DNA from: Octopus vulgaris
Lineage: Eukaryota
Assembly: GCA_951406725.2 (NCBI GenBank)
Contig: OX597830.1
Location: 38,440,001 to 38,504,000 of the forward strand
Length of the DNA: 64,000 nucleotides
Direction of reading: 5' to 3'
Under the pieces are notes generated by a model. The model was given only the letters and a program-made list of their open reading frames with translations, was not told the origin of the DNA and ran no database searches. Positions 1 through 12,941 of the stretch are shown here, one piece after another (the stretch's first letter is position 1; every line of letters starts with the position of its first letter). The position numbers were made by a program, and so were the translations under genes.

Positions 1-708
1 CTTTTGGACAAACTCAACCAAACCCTCCAACCGAACATTCATTGCTTTTTTTTAGACGAGAAATATTTCTGCTAGGGTTAGATGGTGAATACACTCAACA
101 ACCGTTGGCTTGCCCTATCCCCAAAGCACCTACTGAGGGCGATAACAATCAAACATCCAGTGAACATCATGGTGTTTCGAAAATATACCTCCATTCCCCT
201 TCTCACGCAGATTCACACTCCGAACGGAGGCCTACATCAAGTACCTGGATAAGGTTGTATTGCGCAGGGGGAAGGCGGTGGTTGCTGGAAGACCCTATGT
301 CTGGCAACAGGAGTCTGCACCATGCCACACAAGCAGAAGAATCCTGTCATGGCTGTTATACAATTTCTGCGACCACATCACCCCTAACATCTGGCAACCT
401 AGCACCCTCTACTGCAATACCTTTGATTATTATACGAGTGGCGCAGTTGAGCGAGAGACCAAGAAAACTCCTTATAAGATCAAAGATGAACTGAAGGCAA
501 AGATTATAGTTTCATTCACCAACTTAAACAAGGTGACCGTCCAAAACAGTTGCAGGAGATTCTGAAGTCATCTGGAGGCTGTGGTTAAAATTTATTGAAT
601 ACATTTACTCTTCAGTATATCAAGGTATTTTTATATAATTTTGGTAAATATATCTGTTAACATGAGATGTAATTGCTGTTTTCATTTTTCCATAATTTAA
701 ACGACAAT
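1..708 (+). mobile_element. Degenerate Tc1/mariner-superfamily transposase, C-terminal fragment (probably maT/DD37D-like)
   Basis: ORF 260-565 reads RPYVWQQESAPCHTSRR..SWL..NF.DHITPNIWQPSTLYCNTFDYY, matching the 'QQDxAPxH' and decayed 'WPPxSPDxNPxDY' catalytic motifs. Homologous to the minus-strand copy at about 30.9-31.8 kb. Confidence 0.8.
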
Positions 709-749
709 GTGTGGGTGTGCGCGCGTGTGTGTGAGTGTGTGCATGCGTA

Positions 750-1387
750 TATATGGTGATCGGCAGTGATGAAATAGAGGAGGTGAGAGAATATGACTAC
801 CTGGGACAGGAAGTAAATATGTGCCGGGATAGCAAAAAGGAGATCTCACGGAGAGTAAGGGCCGGATGGAAGGCGTTCAATGGCATAAGGGATGTACTCA
901 AGGGAAGGTTGGACAGGACCACCCGCACCAACCTCATTAACAGTGCAGTTCGGCCTGCAATGTTATATGGTAGTGAAACATGGGCTACCACAAAGCGAGA
1001 AGTGCAAAGACTGATAACGGCTCAAAGAGCCATGGAAAGGTCAATGCTTGGTATCTCGTTGAGAGATCACATAAATAACAACATCATCAGAAAGAAGTCC
1101 GGCGTGAGAGATGTCATCGCAGAGTATACTCGCAGCAAGTATAGATGGGCTGGACACGTCGCCCGGCTAACCGATAATCGGTGGACGCATGCAGCTATCG
1201 AGTAGTACCCGCGTGAGCGGAAAAGACCACCCGGAAGACCTCCACGACGGTGGAGTGACGATTTCAAGAGGACGATTGGGATCACGTGGCTGAGAAAGGC
1301 GCGATCCAGAGAGGAGTGGACAGCGTATTGTGACCAGCGGTGTCAAATGGACGCCTGACGGACTGGTCGGTCAAAGTGATCAAAGTG

Positions 1388-1389
<2 letters not shown>
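750..1389 (+). mobile_element. 5'-truncated RTE-clade LINE (C-terminal ORF and 3' tail)
   Basis: Motifs YDYLGQ, EISRRVRAGWKAF, LYGSETW, QRAMERSMLG, RWAGHVAR and KRPPGRPPRRWSD. One premature TAG at 1203-1205. Ends in (TCAAAGTGA)2 followed by (TA)n. Confidence 0.92.
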
Positions 1390-1437
<48 letters not shown>

Positions 1438-4400
1438 GCGTGTGAATGTAAGTATAACGTTAACCTATTACTTTAGATTATGTGCATTTACCATAAAGAT
1501 TATATCAACCCTCTATGCAAATATTTCGGGCGTATGTCATTTCCAATGATGGGTGTTTCGTGCCGACTGAATTTTCAGTATAAACGTCAGTAGAAAATAT
1601 TCATCCCAAGCCTACCAATTGTAAACGCATCTAACATGTATATTTGATTCGAATAAGAGCAAAGATACATGTTGTTTTATGTATAAGCATATATTTCATA
1701 TAAAAACCTTTGTATGTTCCTGTAATAAAATAAGAAGGTGCATATCTCAGAGCTAATTATGAAAGAACCATATGCCATAAACTACATATAGCGATTCATC
1801 TTTCATTCAGAGAACTATCGTCAAACATAGGAATACGATTTAATATCATTCTTTATCCTCCTTCATGTATGTTAGTTTAAGCATATAGCTATGTGAGTCT
1901 CTTATTTTGTATTTGATCTGAGTCAAAATATAGGAATTGCCCTCACCGAAGTATATTTATTTATTCTTTCCATAACACGGTGATATTCAGTGACAAGAAA
2001 GCACAAATACACAAATACATAAATATCTTTGTTGCATATATTTTTTAATGTTTCTCTTACCAAAATGACGAAAAAACTTCGCATGACTAAAACCTGATCT
2101 AAAGCCACATCAATGTTTCATATTTTTCCAGTTGATGACGAAATCTCTCTTCCATCTCACATGGATTAGAATTTCATACTAAATTCCTATAAACGCGAAA
2201 GATTTTACGAACGAGACAAAATCAATTCTTTTGTATGTTAACAATAGAATATTAAGGATAAATTTGAAGAATATGTTTGGTCATTATCGTTATTATACTA
2301 ACAAAAAAAAATGAGATAATTTCTTCCTTGTTGGCGATGAAATTACTAATATATTTTATAATTATATAATCACAAAAAGGAATGGCCAGTTCCACTTATA
2401 CCTAATGAAGTTTATGCTCTTAAAACTGAAGCTGCAAATCATTAAATTCAGAAAATTGATGTATATTTTAAAAACATGATCCGACAAATATCAACACTAC
2501 ATGCAATTTAAAGAGGGATTTGGGAAATATCCTTGTGAAAAATATTGGGTGAAGATGATCTAGAGAGCAAGAAGAGAGGAAATAATTGCTGTTGATGGAC
2601 TCAACCTCACTTGATATGACATTGGCTGTTCTGCAAGTCTGATTGTAATTTCAGAACTACAGTGTGGAGGACGAGGAAAATGAAACTTCATAGTTTACGT
2701 ATATATTCTTTACATTTGTGATAGTAATTTAACACGTAGTGGTGCTGTACGGATTAATAATATCACGCAGTGTTATTTATTATATGTAGTCTTGTTTGCC
2801 GGAACTACTGAAATGCAGCTACCAAAAACAAAAGCAATACATATACAGCAGATGTATGATACGAGTGGAAATGCTTTGAAAATGCGTTGTATGTAATGTA
2901 AATGTCTTACAGAATACTTCATAACGCCGTGGATCATTCGTTTATTCGTTCCATGTAACCACGGAGTTGCAATTGTTCCATTGTATGCTAACTGTGTAAA
3001 TCTCATTGATCTGGCAGAGACGAGCGCTACGAAACACATGTCACTTCGTCCAGACAAATAAAATCATAGAAAAAGATTTTTCAGTGATGTAGTGCCATTA
3101 AATATCGTTAGACGATATGTTGTAACAGTCCATTGTGTCATAGTTACGGAAAGAAATGGCTAGTGAAGTGGTTATTACAGGTAATTAATAGCCAATGTTT
3201 TATTCTGTTTTTTTTTCTACTATCGAAATATTAGAACTATTAATTGGAACATTAATTGTTATTATATTGCTACAAAATACGCAAGTGTGATATTCAGATA
3301 TATTAATTTCCTGACAACGTTGGTGTTGGACGCTTAGAGAACTCACGTTCTCGTAAAATACATCAATTTCTAAATTGAGTAGTCAGCTAATAGTGAATAG
3401 CCAAAGTTAATAGTCAACAGTTTCTTCATTACAAACAAATCGACTCTGTAATCTAATAGTTATGTTAATTCTGTGTACAACTTTAATAGTCAACTAACAA
3501 TATCAAGTTTTGGTGACAGAACGCTCGATTATATAAACCTTACTTCTTCAATGTACTTTGTGTAAAATCAACATTGGAAGGATGAAAAATATTTGATTGT
3601 AGCGGATCACGTTAACAATCAAAAAAGTGATGAGCATATTCAAAAGAAAGACGAAATACCAAACACCTACAAAAAGTAATACGTAATTTTACTCAAGATA
3701 TATTTGCTTTCTCCGCACACAAAATCTGCCGTACCAGTCTCATGATAGTTATTCATGCAGTAAGTATTCAAGTCAAACATAATGCATTGTTTAATTCTTC
3801 TAGCTCGACTGAACCCAGTATATTTTGAGCGCCGTATCTCTACATAGTCACACCTAGGCGGCACAATCCCCCATTCTAAACTGTGTGGCGGCTGCATCAG
3901 TAATCCATTCTTTGCTGTTGTCACGTTTCATACTCGAAGCCTGCTTAGATAGAAAAAGACTATACACATTTTATAATCAGTAGACGACTCTTCATAATAT
4001 TTTACATAATGTTGCACTTTCTTGTGCTACTAACCTCAATAACTTTCTTATTTGCAACTTCTCCAAATAAGTACTCTAATCGGCAACATTTCAATAGTCA
4101 ATGAGTGAGACGATTCGACTACACCGTTCGTAAATGATGTACCTGAGACATTGATGGATCTGCAATTGATTATGTTTAGCACGAACGGCTCACGGTTTGG
4201 GATTTCTCTAAACGACGCATGCAGACAGGTAATAAATGCTAACGTGATCTGAAATCACTTCTCTAAAGTTTGAGGTCAGTAACTTACTACTCTTAAAATC
4301 TATGATGTTCTGCTACGCTGGTATTTATGAATACCGCAAAAATACGTTTCAATATCTTTTACATCCTCGTATTGGATATATAATTCAATGAAGCGAGGGG

Positions 4401-7400
4401 AAGAGTATTTACACTATGCAATACGGTTAGATACACGAGGATGAAAGCTGTCAACCAATCGCTCACAGTAAACTGCTTACAATCAAGTGCTCACAACCAA
4501 TTGCTGCTGTCAGCTTGACAGTTCCTTATTTTATTGAAATGCCTCCGTCCACTTTTAGTCACATGGGGTTCGTTGCAATCCTTCCCAAACCATATCTTAT
4601 CTCAAAGCTTTTCCTCTCAAACCGCAAGTGCCGTTATTATACACGACACAACTTTGGATGCCGCTTTTCACTCTCAAATGTTAACCTCAATGACGCTTTT
4701 AGCGTATAGTTTTGCTTATTTATAAGCATTATCAATTTCACGTCTGCCCATACATATGTACGTCATCTCACTGCGTTTATGGCTATATATTATGTTTATT
4801 GATTTGCTAACTGTTTCATCTATCATTTCTAACCACGTTCTACACTCAGCTCATCATAAGCTTTGATTCATTTATAGGAATCTTATTTGTAGACATATGT
4901 GCCTGTATAGTTATGTTCACTTATCAATTTCAAGCCAACACCACCATTCCACTCATTCAATCTGTGAAGTGTATGTTTCTATTAGCAACGCACTTTTCTC
5001 CATCAAATCATTAACTTCGCAATATCCATTGTTTTGTATCTCTTCTCATATTGCTTTCATCACTTTCCCACATAAATATCTTGCATATGTTTTAAACTTT
5101 GACAGGTTTCTCTCAAAATTTACATCTTCCTGCATCGAACATCTCCCATACCCCTCCCATTATATCTCACGTACATCCCTTCTTTTACCTTCTCACCATG
5201 CAAATGCTTACCTAATGCATATTTGTTTCATTTATTTTCTTTAATCGAAATTTCCGAAAGTGATACAGCATCTGTATATATTAATTATTCCTTTCTTTCT
5301 CCCTTTCTTTCTCTGCATAATGACAAGTATCCAAACCATTAAAATCTCTCGAATCCCATGGTGGAATTATGTATAAATTCTAGATTAATTTTTGTAGTCA
5401 CAAACCCACCAAATGTTTATTCAGATTTCGGGGTTTATCATAAACAAGTTAGTGAACTAACACGTATTATTATTTTCTGCATGAAGCACAGAAGAGTGAT
5501 AATTACCAGAATATAAGAGATAGCTCTGTTTTAAGATGAAATTATTTGCGGAAAATATGTCGTTGTAAAAACGGCCACATGCCTTAGTAAATGCCATATG
5601 CCATAGTAAATGAAACAGAGATCATTTTCTTAATACATTAAAACCAGCGTTTTTTTTAAAATATAGATAATCCTACTATTTTAACTTTATGATTACCAAA
5701 GTACAGACTAAATTAGTTTCTCTGGTTACTAAACCTACCACTTTCACCGATTGTCTCTCAGAGAAGACACTACCGTTCTTATAAAATGAATGACGTATGG
5801 GAAAATAAATCCTACATACATTTTCATGAAGGCTAGTGCTTGTGCTAGTAACGGATTTGTAGTCAATCCATGGCCCAAGTAGCACCTCATGTCCTTGAAT
5901 AATATACTTAATTTAACGTCGTTATTTTATACCCATCTGCAACTGTATGAACTGCCCAAGTAACTTCAAGTAAAAGAAATATTTTTATGATAATGATCAT
6001 TATTATTTAAAGTTAGAACTGTAACAATTTTACCATTTAGCGAATGAGTTTTCATATTCTAACAACTATAATTAATCAACTACACGTATGTGAAATACGG
6101 ATATTGTCTACGGCTCTCTTCTCACAATTTTAGCCATTTATTACAAACCTCTTTTGAACTTAATATGTTGCATCACTGGGTAAACTATAACCATATATTA
6201 TGTCTATCGCAAACAAAGGTTGTGTAAGATTTAATAATATAACATACTTATGCAGTATATCAAAAATAATCGATATTCATTTAAAATCGTATCTCTAATG
6301 AGAAGAACGCTCAAATTGTTAATGGATAAGCTTAGGAGACACCTCTGAAAATGTCAGGTGAAGAAATGTCAGTTTTACAAAAGTGTGCATATCTAATATA
6401 TTTAGTAGCCATTGTGACATATTTCGATGTGTCTCAAGTAAGCCAAGATATAATAGGTGATTATATGTTGTGAATGTGAACTCCCAAAAATTGCGCAATT
6501 AGGAGCAGTTTGTGTCTCATGGCGTTCCAAGCTTTTTTTTTTAATAAACCCGCCGACGAAGAAAGAATAATATAAGAAAGGACAGATGTAGTTAGACTGG
6601 AAGTGTAATGTTATCCAGATAAAACGTGAAAAATATCAAATTATGAGAAATACAACCACTACTTATAAGAAACCAGTGCAGTATGATACTGCAACAACCG
6701 AGATTAGCAATTGTGGGGCCTAAAATACATGAAAAGGAATATGTTTTGGTCATCTTTGGTATTCTTTATGTGTGAGGGATCAGAGTAAGAGCAAATTGGC
6801 ATATGTGTTTAGAAGGAAACAAGGAAGGAATTTGAGGAAACAAATACTGGATAATAATTTGGAGCAGATGAATATTTGTGTTTGTGCAACTTAGGGAGAA
6901 AATATTGACGATGATTTAATACCAGGAAGACATGTACCGCACAAGTGACAAAGCACGAACTATAAAAACGATGTCAGATATTAGTCATAGAGTGTGTAAA
7001 TCAAAGCTAACCGATTGCAGAAATTCTTAGCCATTGATATTTAGAGATATATCACCGCATGGATTTTCTCTCATCTTTTCAGATTATAAGAAATTATTTT
7101 AGAACAAAGTAAAAGACAAACTATACTAGCCCCTTGCAAGAATAGAGAGATGTTTCAGAAGTTTCCTTACATCAGAATTCAGCTTCTCTGTGGAGAGTGT
7201 AGATTGAAACAATGTTGTCACTGATGTCATAATTCAGAATCTGTCTTGAATCCATTCTGTTACACATCATTTGTAGTTCAAAAGAGGCAACGGAAACCTT
7301 TGATTCTATTACCATCATCCTGGTGTAACATTAAAATTATGTTACGTGTTCGGGCAGCATTGACTATTTTGTATCTTAGATCTTAATGCAATGAATTAAT

Positions 7401-8117
7401 GCAATTAACTTCAGTTAATCGAAGACTTTGAAGGCCCATAGTCGAAACCATGTGATATTTTAGTTTGATTAATGTATGATAATAGTTTTGCTGCACAAAT
7501 ACATGGGACCAAATTCAGAGCCACTGTTTGTCACGTTGGAAAAGTCGTTAGAAAACAGGTCAGCAAGAAACCGTTAGAATAAGTACGAAAATCGAAATAT
7601 AATTTCAGCTAGATTATAATTCTTCAAGTCGGTTTCTAGAAAATAACCGCAGTCTAATGACTTCAGCAATAGTATATGAATGTGTGTGTGTCTGTGTGTG
7701 TTTGTGCGTGTGTGTGTGTACTGCTCTTTATATGTCTACGTTCATTGCCAGCTGGGGACGAGTCAGAAAAGTTATGTTGATGAGGCGGAAACACATCTCC
7801 CCGACTGTCCATTTTTCTCCGGATAATAAGATGGTACTTTTCCTTCATGAGAGGTAGAATTTTGATAGTTATTCACCTCTAAAACTCTGTTCCCTCTTCC
7901 CATTAGAGCTGGTTCCCATTGCTACTTGGCATTTGTGACATAAACACTAGAGGTGGAAATCATTCTAATAGATCTGGAATTTATATCATATGTTATTTCA
8001 TATATATGTGTATGTCTAAATATATAAATATAAGAGCGTGTGGGGATGCGTGGGGGATACGTGTATGCGTGTGTGTATGTGTGTGCGTATGTGTCTTTTT
8101 TATGTGTGCGCGAGCGT

Positions 8118-8181
<64 letters not shown>

Positions 8182-8379
8182 ATACGTGTGTGTGTGTATT
8201 TGCGTATTTGGAATTTATTTTGCTTGCATGTGAATATATGTATGTACATTCTGTTTAGCATTAGGCATACTTAAATTCTACACATTTATTAATGATACAT
8301 CTATTTTTCTCTCTCTCACCCAATGTAATTTTTGATATTTATTGAATGTTAACTGGACATGTCGTTTCATGTATTTCAC

Positions 8380-8421
8380 CTGCAGCGGTATCTCAGTGAA
8401 GATTCATGTTGATTACCAGGA
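8380..8421 (-). other. Candidate 42-nt symmetric exon of an unidentified host gene
   Basis: Minus strand: tttcctttccgtgttttttcttccttatatacAG | 42 nt | GTgaaa. One open frame (PGNQHESSLRYRC). No recognisable homology. Confidence 0.3.
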
Positions 8422-9981
8422 CTGTATATAAGGAAGAAAAAACACGGAAAGGAAATTAAATGCAAATATGCAATCAATATAAATAATATATAACAAGATT
8501 CGCAAACACAACGTTGGTATGAACGTAGTAGAAATATAATAATCGACTAGATTGTTTATATATTTATCTGGTTAATAGAATTTCCCTGCTTTTCTTATAC
8601 AAATCATTGCCCAAACACACACAAACACACAAATGTATGTATGTATCTATAAGTGTATATATAATTATTCTGAAACATCATTACTGAATCACGCAATATT
8701 ACTTGCTTCAGGAATAATGTGTGCATATTTCGAAAGCAACATTTGAAAATTAATAAATTACGTTTACATGACATTTTATTTACTCGTTCTCTACATTAAA
8801 CTGGAAGTCGTCTTTTTGATATTGTTTATGTTGACGAGTGTCCTGGAGGTGCAGCAAATAAAAACAAACAAACTATACGATGCTATGAATATAAAATTCT
8901 ATTTTGTTTCTTATATTGGTGTTCTGATTCTAAATATCCATTTCGTTTATCAATTCAATCATTTGTGAGAAAAATGAATACCGCTAATATGCTAGTACAC
9001 TAATATACGAAGATGTAATTAGTTACAACTTTCCACGTACTGAACTCCGTCTTTCGAAGACCTTCGTTCGATATCTGTGAGTTTAGCATTTCATCATTCT
9101 TACTACAGCATGAGAACAGTTGCTTGCAATTATTCCGTTAATGCAAAATTTAGTGAATTATTTGACAGAGAATGATCTTTAAAGGATGTTGCAATCCATT
9201 GAGAATCAGCTAGTACTTCGATCGATTGTATACTGAGTTTGATTAAATTTTGACATCCCTAACAAATCGACACTACATCAAAAATGACTAATCGAGCTGG
9301 CTGTGAATATTTAGAGTTGCAGTATAATATTTTTCTAAATGCAGGTTTGATGGCATTTTCGGTATTTCCCTTTAAATACTAAGACTTAAACTGTAATGTA
9401 TGTTCTGTCTTCACTGTTTTGATTCGACGTTGCCTCAGTGTCTTTAAACTACTGTAAGTCATTTTACTAAATTCTACAAAACCTTATAATTGGGTTGGGA
9501 AATATCATCCGGATATTAAATTATTTCTTTGATACCTGAAACCAACACCTGAAACGAAGGCGTAAGGCAAAATAGGTAATACAAAACTTAAAAGAGAATT
9601 AAAGATTAATTATACTCAAGCTATCTTAGTTTAAATATTTAGAAGTGAAATCCGAGATTACATCGTGAATAAATTGATAATTTATTAAAATCTTTATATA
9701 AACAATTGTAGGAACTAACTGCAATGTATATTCAAAAAGAAGATATAATATAAATAAAAAAGAAAAGAAAAAAATGCCAAAAAGTGTAAAATTAAACCAG
9801 ACACTGATTGGCTTAATTGCAACATCTTGTTCAAGTTTGTAAACATCACATGTAATATTAAACGCACCGGAAAAGCTAGCCTTATTTAGTTTGAGCTGAA
9901 TCAGTACAGATCACAGCTAGCATGTAATTGCAACATGCCATAATATGCAAGTAGCATTTCGTTCCTAAATAGATATTTTTT

Positions 9982-10372
9982 TCTACTCTAGGCAAAAGGC
10001 CCAAAATTTTTTTGGGGAGCGCCAGTCGATTAGATTGAATCCAGTACGCAGCTGGTACTTAAATTATCGACCCCGAAATAATGAAAGGCAAAGTCGACCT
10101 CGGCGGAATTTGAACTCAGAATGTAAAAACAGACGAAATACCTATTTCATTACTACTCACAGGGAGTTAAACACAAAGGGGACAAACAAGGACAGACAAA
10201 CGGATTAAGCCGATTATATCGACCCCAGTGCGTAACTGGTACTTAATTTATTGACCCCGAAAGGATGAAAGGCAAAGTCGACCTCGGCGGAATTTGAACT
10301 CAGAACGTAGCAGCAGACGAAATACCGCTAAGCATTTCATCCGGCGTGCTAATGTTTCTGCCAGCTCACCGA
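9982..10372 (-). mobile_element. tRNA-derived SINE with Nin/Deu-like central domain, internally duplicated
   Basis: Minus-strand head with A/B-box-like motifs (GAGCTGGCAGAA...GAGTTCAAATTCC). The core GTCGACTTTGCCTTTCAT...CGGGGTC occurs twice (about 10068-10100 and 10252-10282). Confidence 0.8.
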
Positions 10373-11668
10373 CTTCCTAATTCAACTTCGAAGTTGAATG
10401 AGTGTGAAAAAGTCTATTAGATATATTAACGATCACTATCACAAAAGAGAACTATTATGTGAAACATGTTACGTAAACATAAAAGAAAATACATCTGGTT
10501 GCATTGCACCTTAATATTATAAAATAAATCTCCACAATCTTATCAACTGTTTGAACATATGGGGACTAAATGTATACATGAGCATTAGATCAAACTGATT
10601 GATTTACATCGGTAGCCAATTATATCGAATTCAGAACTCAGCTACAACACTTTATATTGACCTGGGAGGTTGAAGGGTGGATTACCCACTGAAAGTCTTG
10701 GAATCGTTTTTACTGATCTGCTAATCATTTTGTCAATACACAGATTCCCCTATTTAATCGAGATATTAAAATGCTTCACTGAAGGAATACTTTGGCCATT
10801 AAAGCACCAACGTGAAAAGAAAAATGAAACCTTGCTTAAAAGCACATTTTATCAACACGCATACAAAATAACGCCACACGAAAATTAGCTGGCTTTAATC
10901 CAAATCATATTTTTGCAGAGATAACTTTATGAAGAATAGTATAAAGCAGAATTATAAAAACCATCCGCAACATTCTAAATACGTTCAAACCAACCTAAAT
11001 GCAACTAGACACATCTGCAGGATTTCTTTCTAAATGGCAAATTCCTAGTAAAAGTAGTAATGTATTGACGAGAGACGTCGCGTAAAAAGGTTATGTTGTA
11101 TAAAATATTGGCACATAAACATACAGTCTCCATAAGATTTCCCATTATAACGTCAGCATATTTAGAATTAGATGTCGAACGATGAAGTGGCATTCGAAAT
11201 TACCACTCTTTTGCTTAGCAGCTCTTGAAAATGCATATTATCCATTGCAGAGGAATGTACAATGATTATGCTTGACATTCACAGACAAAACTCAGGAGAT
11301 ATCGAGATATCGTCCGAATATAAACATAAGACGGCATGCTTAATAATAAGTTATAAAGTAAATACCTGGTGAATATGCTGTTTTCGAATATAATTTTTAC
11401 TTCGAATTTCTACCCGTGTTTCCAGCTCGTATTTCACTGTAGTATTAATTTCATATAAAGTTGCTAAGTTTAAGCAGAACCAGTTTTCTTAGCCATTGTT
11501 TATTCCATATTCAAATATATTTCTATCTGTTGGTATTTCAGATTTTGCGCATGGAATTCAAGATATGGTATTTGCTAGTCTAAAGTAGATGCTCTATACT
11601 TCATTTATGACCATATGCGATGGATATTTTGGGCTATATACAATCGATTATACACACACACACATGTA

Positions 11669-11711
<43 letters not shown>

Positions 11712-12299
11712 CATCAATGCCAATTCTGCAATAACATCCATTTCCTTCAGATTTCAATGCTTGCTCATTTTAATAAAATGGAGATTGTAAACTCGACTGT
11801 CACTAAATTTAACCGTGTTTACGTAAGGTAAATTATATCATGTATGTGTGGCATGGTCGTACTGGATATTTAACTTGATACTGTTTGTACTTATATTAAG
11901 TTATATTAGAACTATTTCGAAGTTTATGTAAACGATATGACATTAAGTTGTTTTTGTTTCCGGAGATGTGGTTTCACTCATACCTTGTTAACATTTTTCT
12001 CATTCCGTTAACCTTGCTTATTGGGTAACAGTAGTAGTGTGTAATTTCATATATTTAACGTGGCTGGCGATAATGGGTAAGAAAGTTTTATGAGAATTGT
12101 AATTATGCCACTGAATTCTTGAAAATCGTCGAATGCATACTTTAGCAATTCAATTTATGTGAGATATCTGCCTTTGTTGTGTTCCATATTTATATCAGTT
12201 TAGAACATATGTTTACACCTGCACTTATGTTAAGAGATTTACTGTTAGAATACACACACGCACAAATACATATGTGTACAGACACACTCACACACATAT

Positions 12300-12902
12300 A
12301 TAAGATTCACCGCCACTAAAACGTGACGAAGGGTGCAACACCAGCATTGCTAGAAATAAAACTCAAGAACGCTTTAGCTACAGAAGTTCATGTTCTATTT
12401 ACTGGCAAGGGAGATACCCTCACTACCGAAAGCGATTGGCATTAGCTTCTTAGGCCAATTTCACACTAAAATTAAAGCTGATCATTAATGCTTACTTCGG
12501 GTGGTCTAACTAAACTTACCTTGTCAGTATATATAGAGTTTACCATAGGAACCAGTGGTTGATTCAGCAAAATGGTAATTTGAAAATTATAACTTAATTA
12601 ATGAGGCTAGCCGCAGTACAAACTGTCAGAAATATTATTCAAAACCTGCTGCTACTCACTGCACCCTTCATCAATTCTCACCGAATCACATTCTTTATGG
12701 TTTTGAATTGCGTGTAGCCAAATTAAGTATTATTAACATAGATTGCTAGCCACTGCACATTCTTTATTTTCTCTCCTTGTTTCATTCTGTGCTCGTTTCT
12801 GTGGAAAATCGTAAGCTCGAAACGGGCGGTATACTAATACATCTGTTTGTTGTCTACACCACCTGTCTTCATCTTTTGTTGGTCTTTTTGTGAATTCTCC
12901 CC
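12300..12902 (+). mobile_element. Decayed interspersed repeat, probably a Penelope-related non-coding tail
   Basis: Bounded by CA/TA microsatellites. Contains a damaged hammerhead-like remnant (..aatcgtaagctcGAAAcg, about 12800-12823) followed by a pyrimidine-rich tail. Confidence 0.35.

Positions 12903-12936
<34 letters not shown>

Positions 12937-12941
<5 letters not shown>

Noticed and set aside
2132-2170. Possible terminal exon VDDEISLPSHMD*
   Set aside because: Only an acceptor-like site and a very short frame support it.
3667-3941. Minus-strand ORF with an upstream acceptor-like site
   Set aside because: The frame entered from the acceptor stops early and no protein family is recognisable.
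7414-7460. GACT...AGTC-GAAA-CCATGT remnant
   Set aside because: The CUGANGA core is not recognisable. It may be an old decayed copy but cannot be supported.
7750-7810. Hammerhead-like TTGATGAGGCGGAAAC inside a hairpin
   Set aside because: No stem II, C3 is missing and no UH triplet is correctly placed.
11751-11822. Plus-strand 72-nt exon candidate (ttccttcAG ... GTAAGG)
   Set aside because: Composition matches the background and such sites are expected by chance in 64 kb.
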